A DNA stretch of 64,000 bases, from NCBI GenBank assembly GCA_002269645.1, contig NIVC01001629.1, positions 124,001 to 188,000 on the forward strand, written 5' to 3'. Positions within the stretch are counted from its first letter, which is position 1, and each line of letters begins with the position of its first letter. The stretch comes from Macrostomum lignano. Lineage: Eukaryota. The translations under genes and the position numbers were made by a program. Positions 51,280 to 63,694 of this stretch are shown in pieces. The notes beneath the pieces were generated by a model. The model had not been told where the DNA came from. It made no database searches and worked only from the letters and a program-made list of their open reading frames with translations.

Positions 51280-51560
51280 TACTTAAGGTACTTTTGTATA
51301 AATGTACTATTATTGGTAGCGTCTACTTATCTACTTCTGTTGGTAGCGTCTACTTATTTACTTCTATTCTTTGGCCTGAGCGGTCTATTGGCACTGTCTA
51401 ATTCTTAGTCTCTCAGTCCTGGCGTTCCCGGGATCAGAGGGTCACAGCTCTATGCATTTTCCCTGCCCTGAGGCGAATTTACTATTACTGCCCTAAGGCG
51501 ATCTCTTGCTGTTAGCGATCTTCTCCCAATTCGGGGGTAATACTTATAGAAATGAACAAT
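51280..51560 (-). mobile_element. Partial inverted copy of the repeat at about 9310-9720
   Basis: Reverse-complement matches described for 9310-10330. Confidence 0.6.
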
Positions 51561-52749
51561 CCAAATAAGAATGCTTAAAGATTTCTTATTGAGTGAACTT
51601 ATTGCTTCAATATTATTCGAGCAAGCAAATGAAGCAAGCAAGTTGCTCTTCTTGGCCCCATCTGGGCTCCTATTTATACCATTTTGTATATATATTTAAA
51701 ACAAACTTTGATTTTCTACAATATTATTTGTGCACACACACAACGTTAAAACAAAAATATTACTATTTGGCGGAAATTTGAATATGGTAATTTCTAAGAA
51801 AGCAATTGTTTGTGTAAACTAAAAATAAAGCTATATTTCATACTGTAAAGCAGATATATTACACTGCCTCACATTCAAGCATATTTCTATAAATTCCTTC
51901 TCAGCCTCTTAAAGCATATTAGCAACAGTATTATTTAAGCTTAGCTCAACATCTTATAATTTTCCTATCAAATTCGAAAAGCCTTTTTAATGTATTGGTT
52001 AGAATTAAGATAAAAAATTATAATATTACCATTGAACTCTTTGAAGCAAATACTAGCCCACAAATCCATGGAAAATGAATGTTACTAAATACCACATGGC
52101 ATCAATTTAGAATTCATGACCATAATGAACCTAGACAAAAAACTAAATAAAGTAAAGAGATTTAGAATTTTTTTAATTTTCAAGAAATTTGAAGAAATTT
52201 TTTGTGTACTGAATATAATTTCATAAGATTTATTAAGCATACCAAATATTTAAAGACTTCATTAGTAGATAACTGCTAGCAGAAAACTGCCAGATCCATA
52301 GCCATTAGAAAATGGGTTCTAGTACTAGAACTCTAGCTATTACCATGCCATATACTGGCCATAGTCCAGATCATACTGCATGCACACCCGAACAAAAATC
52401 AATAGTTACAAATTCATGCCAAAAAAATTGAGTGCATGCGCATTCTTACAACTTTGCCAATATTGCAATAATAAATGACCTTTTTTATGTTGTGACAATA
52501 AAATGTCCTTTTTGTCATTGCATAATAGACCCTTCTAGATAAAAAAATTTGGTTAATTTTTCTGATTTTTTTGGCGATATTATTTATAGTGGGAAATTGA
52601 AACATGTAAAAATTTGTTTAAATGCCTTATTACAAGCTTAAAAAGCAGAAAGTGGTAAAGTTACACAAGAAATGAACCTTTTCACCTATTTTCTATTTCA
52701 CAATAACTCTTTTCCATGGTTCTATAAAGTGCATGCCAGTTGCCAGGTA

Positions 52750-52931
52750 CAGTAGCGCAACTAGAAATTTTTCAAGGGGGGGGGGCGGATTATGAGGGTA
52801 AAGTCCCAGGAGGGGGGGTGGCAGAGGGGTGGCTCTGTTTTTGGCAAAAATTTGCTTGGTCACCCCTTTGATTTTTTTTTCAGTCCCCTGCCTAAGGGGG
52901 GGCGACCGCCCCCCCCCTGGTTACGCCACTG
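52750..52931. mobile_element. hAT-type MITE, 182 bp
   Basis: Imperfect TIRs cagtagcgcaactag / ctggttacgccactg (12 of 15 match) flanked by a perfect 8-bp TSD gccaggta (52742-52749 and 52932-52939); G/C-run-rich interior. Confidence 0.85.
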
Positions 52932-52965
52932 GCCAGGTATATTTTCTTAGGAGTGATGCAGATGC

Positions 52966-53860
52966 ATGGCCCTAAATCAGGTCGTACAGCCTGAGTCCGG
53001 CCAGTGCCAGCATACCGTCGAGGTAGCCCTGAAGGCATCGCTGCAGGTGGTTAGTGATGTGGCCAATGCCCTCAGTCGCCGCAGTGCAATGGCCGTGCCA
53101 ACGTTCGTTTACAGGTTGGAGGCGGCCTTCGGCTTGGTTGGCTATCTTCGAGCCCTCTGTGGCCGTCGTTGCCAACAGACAGTGCAGCTGCGTTTCGAGG
53201 CTGCCTTCCAAGTGCACGGAAAAGCTGCTTTCTGTGGGGCAGTCGAATCTGCTATGACTCAACAGCAGCTTCAACGAATGTTTGGCGCCAATGCTGGCTC
53301 ACATCTGCATGCAGCCTGGCATGAAGGGCTTTATGCCATGGTGTGGGCCGAGGACAGCCACTGCCGAAAGGTCATCTTTGGCAGCGACTGCCCGGATTCG
53401 CCACTATGTGCCCTCTCCACCACGACTGACGATCAGTTTAGCCTCGACTTCGGGCTACCTAGCAGGCCCGTAGTTAGTAAGGTGCAGGAGGAGGCTTTCT
53501 ACGCTGCCATGTTTAGCAACCCAGCTGTTTATCAGCTTTTCGGCACCTCTGTGTGTGCGCTATACGACTGGGCACTGGCAAAGCGCGGGCCGGAAGCGGA
53601 GGTTGAGTGTTTACTCGGCTATGGGTCGCCAGTGTCAGCAAGGGGCATTCCAGCTAGACGAAACCCTAGAGCTATGGACTTGGCTGGCATGGTATCTCCC
53701 TCTATCAGGGGCATCGATGCCGTGGACCATCACGGCGATTGCCAGCAAGTGGCTGAAGACTCATCAGGTGCTTCGAAAAAGCAGTTGCAGCATGACCTGG
53801 AAGCAGCAGGTGCTTTGGCGACTGGTGGCAACAAAGGGCTGGGTCAACGTTGATTGATGC
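52966..53860 (+). pseudogene. Probable remnant of a hAT-like transposase C-terminus (dimerisation-domain-like), frameshifted
   Basis: The 295-aa ORF reaches YDWALAKRGPEAEVE. The natural continuation SVYSAMGRQCQQGAFQLDETLEL...LAWYLP lies in another frame (ORF 53555-53857), which resembles the S.A..ER.FS.M motif of hAT C-termini. Confidence 0.45.
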
Positions 53861-56498
53861 AAGCCATTGACTGACTAATTGAACCAAATCACTGATCCTG
53901 GGGACTGGCCCTGGTGTGGTATGGGTAGATGTCTGGCATGGGAAAGGGGGGTGTCCGGCGCGGTTCAGACCTTGGCTGCAATAGGGATGCATGCCAACTG
54001 TAATTGTAATGCAATACTGCAATTGTAATTTGCATGCCTTTTTTGGCATGCAAGGCCAATGCACACCCAAATTTTTGGGCATAGGCCCTATACTACATGA
54101 TCTGGAGTGTGGTATGCTGGCTGTGGCAAAATTTTCTGGCAGATTGTTCCATATACCAGATACTTTACAAGTTTACACGAACCATTTTTGGGTCTATTGT
54201 ATACCAGAATTTTCCTGTGTATATGTAAGATTCGGGAGTAGGGCACCCAGCACGATCCTGACTATGGCCCATATGAATTATTAGGGCCTATTATAGGCCT
54301 ACAAAGAAAGTTGGGCACCAATAAGCAAACTAAGGTACAAAGTGCCATGCATGGTACCAACAAAAAGCATAGGTCTATCTATAGTATACTTAACTAGCCA
54401 TAATTTAATTACAGTATATTAGGCCAATAAAGGCCCCTAACTAACTATGCATGATCACATGATTAAATAAACACATGCGATGCCACATGCACATATTATT
54501 GTACTTAAACGTTAAACTTACTTAGAAATGTTGTGCATGAAGAAAGTCTAGACATTTAGGGCCTAATTTGGCCTTTCGAACTTCTTGAACACGCAAGTCG
54601 GGTTGCTATGCTGGCTGATGATGTTGAAAAATCGAAAACAATTGACTATAGTCTAAAATACTTAATTTGGCCCAGTAGCACTAGCAGTAGTATAGGCATA
54701 GCCGGACGGTCGTTTTAAAAGCAATTTCGGAGAATTAATAAATTCATATAAAAATAGGTCGGATAGAAATTTTTACTTATATATTTTTAAACAAAAAGAA
54801 AAATATTTCAGCATCGTTTTTCGTCAAAATATTTCTGGAATATAAAATTTTTATTTAAAGGTAAGCCATTGCAATAACTGTCGCGGTCAGTTTTGGCATT
54901 GTAAACTTTGAAATCTTTCAGCTTCGAGCCCTCGAGTTATCGTCATCATGATGTGCACTTTGCGCGCGCCAGCTGGAACTTACCCGTCTCGCTAGCGAAT
55001 CACTATCAGTGAATCACTAGAATCAGTATCACTTTCACTATCACTATCACTAGCGCCGCAAAAAGTATGTCGGACAAATAATATTTTTTTTACCATGGAT
55101 CTATGGCAGGCATGCATGCGGGTGGCTTACATCAAATCTCTAAAGTCTAATTTAAAGTTTCGTAGGCCTATTGTACTAAGTATTTACTAGGCCTAATGGT
55201 AGGCTAGGCCTAGCTTAATTCAAAGATTACAAAGATTCGTAGATTGTACTTTTCTGGAGTCAAAATGATTTAACGAACGAAACTTGACAATTGCCGAAGT
55301 TTGTAGTTCTATTTTGGGGAACAGGACATTTCGTCCGAATACTTTTTGTCTGGGTCTTTTCGTCCAGATGAGACATTTCGTCCGAAGGGTACGACATTTC
55401 GTCCGAGTCCGATACACAAATTTTAGTCTAATGACTCTAACTAATCGATGGAAGTGTTTGGGTGAGGGTGTATTCGAGTGCGTAGCAGTGCATTGCTCAC
55501 TAGTTAAGTTAAGTTCTCTAAGAAGGTGGCTGTATAGGTGCCAATTCAAATCGAAATCTAAACTCTAGTCGCTAGAGTCTAGGTCTAATGACTGTAGGCC
55601 TACTATGTATAGGGGCCTAATTTCATAGGAAAACTTTGAATACTATACTTAATAGACACAGTTTCTTGATGAAGGCTACAGGACATTTTGGCAAATTCAA
55701 AAAGGTAGGGCCTATACAAATGTAACAAAGTTAAAAATGACAGAGCAGAGGTAAAATTAACAAATTAAGGTAGAGTAGAGGCAGGGGAGAGTGGGCTTGG
55801 CAGTTGCATCATATCTAGTAGGATGGCAGAGTCTAGACCAGAGGCAGCCTATATTATAATATGCTATGTAACCTACATTAGGCCTATAGTCATATTATTT
55901 TTAAAACTTGCAACAGTTGCAAATTTAATTCATAACCATATAGGCCTATTCAATTAAAATTTAACCTAAAATTCTATTTTATTAAGTTGATCTTCTTGAC
56001 CTAACTTCCTAAGCTAATTCAATGCAAAATTCAGTATATGAATTTCTGGATTGAATTTTATAATGAATCCCAAATTTAATCTTAAGGCTAAATTGAATTG
56101 GCTTAAGAGCCCAAGAAATTATGTATTAAAAAGAATTAAATCCTATATTAAATTCTACACTTTTAGACCTACTTAGTTTTAGGTCTATTTGCAACACATT
56201 AATTTTTGATAATGTGATTTTTTCAAAATGTGATTTTTTCTATGTGTAACAAAAGTTATATTTTATTTTACTTTATGTAAAATAAAGTTTATATGACCAT
56301 GAGTGCTTGATTTATTACATGAAAGTTAAATAATTGACCTTATTTTTATAGACGTAGGCTTATTTTAAGTCAAAAGAATTTCTATGTAAAGTCAAATAGT
56401 TTGTAAGATTTAATAGCTTATTTGAAAATAGTTTATAAATTTGATTCTTTAAGTCATTATTTTTACATTTTTTAAAGTCATGCTTGGGTGCAAACTAG

Positions 56499-56633
56499 GG
56501 ATTCACCTGGCTATTTCTATTGGCAACATACACATGTAAGTTGCTATAAGACAGAATAAGTAGTCATGTGACTACTCTTGGCCAATAGTGACTTACATGT
56601 ATGTGTTGCCAATTGAAATGGCCAGGTGATTCC
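56499..56633. repeat. Imperfect inverted repeat (about 49-bp arms) with an inner palindrome; foldback or MITE-like
   Basis: ggattcacctggctatttctattggcaacatacacatgtaag pairs with cttacatgtatgtgttgccaattgaaatggccaggtgattcc; the loop contains agtagtcatgtgactact. Confidence 0.8.
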
Positions 56634-57362
56634 AAAGGTTGTGCATGTATATTTGAAGTACTTTTAATTCTAAACAACATTTCTATTAGTGTTGTATAGC
56701 ATTGCACTTTTCATTCTTTCATCTTGTGTCACACATTTGGGCTATTTGTTATATGTCACTTATGGCTTATATGGGTGTCAGTTATATTGGCAAACAGACA
56801 TTTTGGCAAAAGCCAAACTGATGTATCCATACATGCGCAACCTCCAAAATTTGGTTGGCCGTGCAACTTAGTTTCAACAAAAATGCGACATAGTTTTTGG
56901 CCAAAAATGCAACTTACGTGTAAAAGAAACCCTAAAGCAAAATTAACACAACTTTGGGTAAACGGCAGGAGTAAATATGACTGTCTTATTAAGGCAAAAT
57001 GCCTCGTCATCTACCTAAGTACTACTTGGGTATTTATTCAGGCATTTTTGTGACTTACCTTGGTTGGCCGCCAAATCGGTTGGCCAGATCGGCCGACTCG
57101 GCCGACTGTTGCGCATGTATGGATGTATCAGAATTGAAATTGTAGCTCATACCTAGTACAAGGAAAAGTGTAATCTAAAACCAATCTAGTCTCTATGCAC
57201 TTTTCTCTTCTCTCTTATATTTTGTGAGAAAATGTCTAGAAAATTGGCACATTGAGAAAATACTGCTAGGACCCTGAAAATAGAGATTTGTTAAATGCAT
57301 ATATCTTTGTGGTCCTCTGTGGTATTGTGTATTTATGGCTTCCCTTTTATTGCATGCACAGC

Positions 57363-60300
57363 CATGCTGAGCCGCCCTGTTTTGCTACTGCAGGCAAGCG
57401 ACAGTCAGCACTGCGTCGATGACATCGACGCGATTTCAGTGTTCGCGGACGCCGACCTGCCCGACATCGACGCTGTGGATGCGGAGGACGAGGCAGAGTA
57501 TCCGCCCCCTACCGACTCCCCAGAAACCACTCTGTCCCCTGCGGCGCCCTCCGAGCTGGGCGTCTCATCGCCTCTTCTACCGCCTCCTCAGCCCAGTGGG
57601 GTCCATCCTCCGTCAGCTCATTCGGGCTCCCACAGGCAGCTGCGCCAGTCCGCGCCAGCGCGAGCTTCAATGCTGAGATGCCACGCCGAAGCGGGCGGCA
57701 ACAAAATTCAGAAGCGACCATCTTGGGGCAACTTCAATTGGCACCGCGTTTCGGGACCACCGCTGCCTAAACAGAGGTTCATGCCACCCCCAAGGCCGCC
57801 TCATCCGAGGTCCCGTCCGCCTCCAGGACCGCCCAATCAGTGGTCCGGTCCGCCCCCAGGACCGCCTAATCAGTGGTCCGGTCCGCCCCCAGGACCGCCC
57901 AATCAGTGGTCCGGTCCGCCCTCAGGACCGCCCAATCAGTGGTCCGGTCCGCCCCCAGGACCGCCTAATCAGTGGTCCGATCCGCCCCCAGGACCGCCCA
58001 ATCAGTGGTCCGGTCCGCCCTCAGGACCGCCTAATCAGTGGTCCGGTCCGCCCCCAGGACCGCCCAGTCAGCTGTCCGGTCTGCTCCTAGGACCGCCCAG
58101 TCCGCCCCCAGGACCGCCCAGTCAGCGGTCATCACAGCAGCCGTCCGGGCGCTCCAATTCGCTCCTGTCACGCTTGGGACCTCCGCCGCAGCCGTCGGCC
58201 CCACCAGCATCCAGCCGCCGGGAGCTCCTTGCCGCACGGCTGGAACAGGCCGTCCGGTGCGGCGATTTCGCCCTGGCCGTACAACTGGCCACGTCTGAGG
58301 AGGCCGTGAAGCTGGAGATCCTGGCGGACAGCGGCCTGAACCGCCTGGCCGATCAGATTGCCCAGGCTCAGACTGGCAGCTTCGTCACCGCCATTCGGGC
58401 GCTCGGTCTTCTGCGGAAGCCCACACTCAAGTGAGAGAGAGAGTTCTCAAGTTACTTGCCCTGAGTTCAGGTCCCCAGTCTGTCTCCAGTGTGACTTGTC
58501 CTGTCCGCAGTGTGACTTGTCCTGTCCTCAGTCAGTGTCTCCAGTGTGACTTGTCCTGAGGTCAGGTCCCCAGTCTGTCTCCAGTGTGACTCTTCCTGTC
58601 CCTAGTCAGTGTCTCCAGTGTGACATGTCCTGTCCCCAGTCTGTTTCCAGTGTAACTTGTCCTGTCCCCAGTCTGTCTCCAGTGTGACTTGTCCTGTCCC
58701 CAGTCTGTCTCCAGTGTGACTTGTCATGTCCCCAGTCTGTCTCCAGTGTGACTTGTCCTGTCCCCAGTCTGTCTCCAGTGTGACTTGTCCTGTCCCCAGT
58801 CCGTCTCCAGTGTGACTTGTCCTGTCCCCAGTCTGTCTCCAGTGTGACTTGTCCTGTCCCCAGTCTGCATGGATAAGCGCAGTGACCCGGCTCTACCTGC
58901 AATCACCCGAGCTCACCGCCCATCTCCGGCCCCAATTCCGCAGCGACCTGGCCAAGCTGGAGTCGTGGGCCTCCCATTGCTCAGCCGAGGATCTGAAGGG
59001 CTGCGCTGACGCCGCTTTCGATTTGTTTTGCAAGCTGCTGCCGACCCACCTCAGCCGCGATTTGGTCAGCTCATTCTTTAGGTAGCCTGGGCTGCCCTGA
59101 TGCCTCCGCAGTTTTCTATTTTACCTCTTTATCAGTTGTTGGCACTGGTATTCTGATATCCCTCGAGCTCCAATCCAGTGAGACTCGCTCTCAAACCCAT
59201 CCAGAATCGCCCTCAAACCCATCAAGAATCGCCCTCAAACCCATCCAGAATCGCCCTCAAACCCATCAAGAATCGCCCTCAAACCCATCCAGAATCGCCC
59301 TCAAACCCATCCAGAATCGCCCTCAAACCCATCAAGAATCGCCCTCAAGCCCATCCAGAATCAACCTCAAACCCATCCAGAATCGCCCTCAAACCCATCC
59401 AGAATCGCCCTCAAACCCATCCAGAATCGCCCTCAAACCCATCAAGAATCGCCCTCAAGCCCATCCAGAATCAACCTCAAACCCATCCAGAATCGCCCTC
59501 AAACCCATCCAGAATCGCCCTCAAACCCATCCAGAATCGCCCTCAAACCCATCAAGAATCGCCCTCAAGCCCATCCAGAATCAACCTCAAACCCATCCAG
59601 AATCGCCCTCAAACCCATCAAGAATCGCCCTCAAGCCCATCCAGAATCAACCTCAAACCCATCCAGAATCGCCCTCAAACCCATCAAAAATCGCCCTCAA
59701 ACCCATCCAGAATCGCCCTCAAGCCCATCCAGAATCGCCCTCAAACGAAGTCCACCACCCAACCCCAGGTTTTTCCTGCCCCTGGAGAGCTGGGGGCACA
59801 TCTGGGACGGCCTGATGCGCTTCGGCCACTCGGGCAACGTGACAGAGAAGACCTTCGCACAGTGCCTGGAGGCCGTTGCCGACGGCAGGGCTTCTGCGTA
59901 TGGTGACTCTGCTGCTCAGCTCGTCAGCCTGATGGTGCCCGAGCTGCTGGCGAATAGCCAGGTAGGAATTGAACTTGAATCCACCCCATTCCATCTGTAC
60001 AGAATCAGCACCCCATCCCACCTGTACAGAATCAGCACCCCATCCCACCTGTACAGAATCAGCACCCCATCCCACCTGTACAGAATCAGCACCCCATCCC
60101 ACCTGTACAGAATCAGCACCCCATCCCACCTGTACAGAATCAGCACCCCATCCCACCTGTACAGAATCAGCACCCCATCCCACCTGTACAGAATCAGCAC
60201 CCCATCCCACCTGTACAGAATCAGCACCCCATCCCACCTGTACAGAATCAGCACCCCATCTCACCTGTACAGAATCAGCACCCCATCCAACCTGTACAGA

Positions 60301-61099
60301 ATCAGCACCCCATCTCACCTGTACAGAATCAGCACCCCATCTCACCTGTACAGAATTAGCACCCCATCCCACCTGCTCCGAATCAGCACCCCATCTTACC
60401 TGTACATCTATCAGGAAATCTCATTAGCATGCATAAAAAATCCCACCTGTTCCAGTGGATCACCGCTGACCTCCTCGACCGCCTGTGGCTTGAACTGGCC
60501 CGGCAAGGCGACTCCAACAGCGCCCATCTGATCGGCAGCCAGCGGGCCGTGGTGTGCACCGGCCAGCAGCAGCAGGCGGCCTTTTTGACTAGATTGACGG
60601 ATGCGGTGAGTGCGCTGACTTTAAGATGCCACTTGTGAATGACACTTGTCAGCTGAGTTTGCTGAGGGAGTCTCGGCTAAATGGCGCTACGAGTATCTGA
60701 CTGAGAATCGCCCCTCAACAGTCGCCACACAATCCAAAAGAATCTCCCCACGTTAATCTCCCCACGTTAATCTCCCCACGTGAATCTCCCCAACGTGAAT
60801 CTCCCCACGTTAATCTTCAAAAGTAAATCTCCCCACGTTAATCTCCCAAAGAAAATCTCCCCAAGAGAATCGCCCCACGTGAATCGACCTCCAAGCTACC
60901 GCTCTGTTCCCCCGCCAGGTGTCGGAGATCATCCAGCGCGACTCCGGCGACTTCAAGCCTCTGTGCTGCATTCTGGACTCCTGCGGTGGCGCCTTGGACG
61001 AAACTGAAAGCCTGCAGGCTGCTCTGCTCGAGGCTCTGCTGGATTGCCAGCAACAGTCTCACCAGCTGGACCGGCTGTGCAGGGACTTCAAGCTCTATT
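57363..61099 (+). CDS. Uncharacterised protein, partial (acidic/Pro-rich N-terminus, then predicted helical region); exons about 57363-58430, about 58870-59082, 59769-59961, 60456-60605, 60919-61099; continues downstream
   Basis: GC-rich open exons between minisatellite introns. Donors ttag|gtagcc, cag|gtagga, gcg|gtgagt and tatt|gtgagt are phase-consistent for the last four exons. The start codon and the acceptor of the second exon are uncertain. Confidence 0.65.
57826..58135 (+). repeat. Coding 33-bp tandem repeat encoding PPPGPPNQWSG
   Basis: Seven near-perfect copies plus degenerate copies, in frame within the exon. Confidence 0.9.
58475..58865. repeat. Intronic minisatellite, 32-bp unit (ccccagtctgtctccagtgtgacttgtcctgt)
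   Basis: Direct reading; the last unit runs into the next exon. Confidence 0.94.
59175..59745. repeat. Intronic minisatellite, 22-bp unit (aaacccatccagaatcgccctc)
   Basis: Direct reading. Confidence 0.95.
59985..60400. repeat. Intronic minisatellite, 27-bp unit (cctgtacagaatcagcaccccatccca)
   Basis: Direct reading. Confidence 0.96.
60750..60885. repeat. Short degenerate tandem repeat, about 15-bp unit (aatctccccacgtt)
   Basis: Direct reading. Confidence 0.8.
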
Positions 61100-61384
61100 G
61101 TGAGTGATCAGGCTTTCTGTGTGCTGCGAGCATGAAGCTGCATAAAATTAATGTGAATGCCATTTTCATCAATCTCTACTCCCTCTGGTAAATAAACCAG
61201 ATAACACCACAAGATAACATTCGCTCAAACAAGATAACATGCCCTATTCCGGTTATGCAAAATGTTATCTTGTATGAATCTTGTTTGCGTGACGAAATCT
61301 TACGTTTCCTTGTTTCAAACAAGATTCAAAAAGGATTTGCTGACCAGATAACAGTCGGGTAATTCGTGCGAATCCTGTAGGGAA

Positions 61385-61780
61385 ACATCGTGTTATCCTG
61401 TTTGTTATCTTGTTTGTTATCCTGTCTGGCAAACAGGATTCGCTGACCAGGTAACAGCCGGGTAATTCGTGCGAATCCTGCAGGGAAACATCGTGTTATC
61501 CTGTTTTTTATCTTGTTTTTTATCCTGTCTGGCAAACAGGATTCGCTGAGCAGGTAACAGTCGGGTAATTCATGCGAATCCTGCAGGGAAACATCGTGTT
61601 ATCCTGTTTTTTATCTTGTTTGTTATCCTGTCTGGCAAACAGGATTCGCTGAGCAGGTAACAGTCGGGTAATTCATGCGAATCCTGCAGGGAAACATCGT
61701 GTTATCCTGTTTGTTATCTTGTTTGTTATCCTGTCTGGCAAACAGGATTCGCTGAGCAGGTAACAGTCGGGTAATCCATG
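61385..61780. repeat. Tandem repeat, 103-bp unit x about 4, rich in gttatc motifs
   Basis: Unit starts at 61389, 61492, 61595 and 61698. Inverted gataac motifs at about 61195-61250 suggest transposon subterminal repeats. Confidence 0.9.
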
Positions 61781-63694
61781 CGAAAGAAGCCGGAAGGCAT
61801 TGACATCAAATTTCGCAGTAAAGATGCGTATAAGAAGTTGGTGATTCAAGATTTTATGAGTAGCATCTATATTTAACAGCGGGTTGTACTTTGTAAGCGC
61901 CTTATACAAACTAAACAAGGAACAGGAACAAGCTCAACAGGAACGAAAACTTCTGGAGAACAGCGTGGCATACGTATGAGTTTCGACAGTCCAGTTATAA
62001 GTAGACCTACTTATACTGTGGCTACTAATTGATACTACTGAATTGGTGATCTGCTGCGAGCTGGTGCTGAGTCGCAGGTCGGACCTGCTGTACTCGGACG
62101 CGACTCTGATGGCAGTCGACGCGTGAGCCAGACGTTTGAAAGATCGGGTCGCGCGCGTGGAAGGCGATTAATGAGACCACTGACGGGGGCTTGCATTATA
62201 TGCCGGCGCAATGGAACGACTCTGCATTATTAAAGTTAAATTAAATGGCGATGGAAGGCAGTTTCTCCAAAATATACACAGTTATAAAGAAACAGTAATG
62301 TACATCCACACTCGATCGCCCAGCTCTAACAGACAGCGACGGTTCGCCGACAATCATTACCAGATTGTACGATTGTTCACTAGTAATGTCAGCTGCGTCG
62401 ATAGTATTGTCATTCGTAGCATAGTCGTCGTCCGGAATCAACTGGCTTTCGTTGATCGGCTGCTCGTAGACCGGAGACAAAGTGAATGGTGTATCATCTG
62501 ATGCGCCGGCTCGCGCGGCGCTGGCTTCGTTGCGTCCACGAAATGCCGACTACGCTGGAAACTCTTACCTGATTGTCTTCGCAATCCCGTGCGCCAACGG
62601 TAATATCCAACCGACTTGGCGTTGCAGATGTCGCTAGTGCGATGGACGATCGTCCAACGGCGTCATCAACTGCGTCGTTCGAAGCAGTGACACCCTCCGG
62701 AAAAAGTGGCTGACAAGATTGCCGACACTCATGGTCTGTAACGACTACTCTCTTGACTCGATCTGCTCTCGGCTGGTGCAACTGCAAACGCCTTAGACAA
62801 ACCAATGGAGCATACACCGAAAAAAATCGGATTAGCGTCTATCTTAATAGGAAAGCTGCTTTGCATACTGGGCCAGTTAGAGCTATTTGGAACTATGCCA
62901 CAGTCTCCGTCTAGACACCCAGCTGTGCCAAACAATATGGTTGGCTGACTCATGCTTCTAAGCGTCAAATATGACGATAGAATCATTCAGCCCGTTGACA
63001 CACTAAGCAGCTGTGATAGAATACATGCCAGTGGTAGTCAAACCTCTTGCACACTATCAGGGCGCAACAATTTTTCAATTGTCACCTGTACGGAGGATGG
63101 GCACAGCCTCACATTACGGACGCTACAGTGCCTCCGAAAAGCAGATCAATTCACCTTGCAATTTCGAGGCTTTATTACCCCTCGGATTAAAGATTGACCC
63201 GCGTAGTCAAATAAAAGTGACTACTCTTAGCAGCTGCCTTGAGCCACAACAGACGCGAGGTTTGATTACCCCTCGTAGGCCAGCATTTTCAGTCAACTGC
63301 TCAACTTTGATTTATCGGTTGAAGCGGGGTTCAATTATCCCTCACTGGTGGCCATACACCAACACTGCAGACGCTTTAGACAACCCAATGGAGCATGCTC
63401 TAGCAAGAGCTAGAATAACGTCTGTCTTAAAAAAAGGCTACCTTAGAACTGGGCCAGTAGGAGCTTTTGGAACCATGCCACAGCTCCATCTAGACACCCA
63501 GCTGCACCAGATAATAGGGTAATCGGATACACTAAGTAACCGCGACAGACTACATGCCATTGGGAGTCAAACCTCTCCAGCACAATAAGAATGCAATAGT
63601 TTGTCGGAGAGCCAACAAAGCTATCACCTGCAGGGAGGGTGGGCACGGCCTCACATTACGAGCGCTAGCGTTTGCTGATATATGGCACTTTACC

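Noticed and set aside
55320-55410. gacatttcgtcc motif repeated 3-4 times; similar gtggcaca repeats at about 640-920 and ttggccg repeats at about 56850-57110
   Set aside because: Resemble DNA-transposon subterminal repeats, but I could not define TIRs or TSDs.
57295-57362. ORF extension MHISLWSSVV... upstream of the Pro-rich gene
   Set aside because: AT/T-rich and ends in acceptor-like sites (gcacag, ctgcag), so more likely intron or outron.
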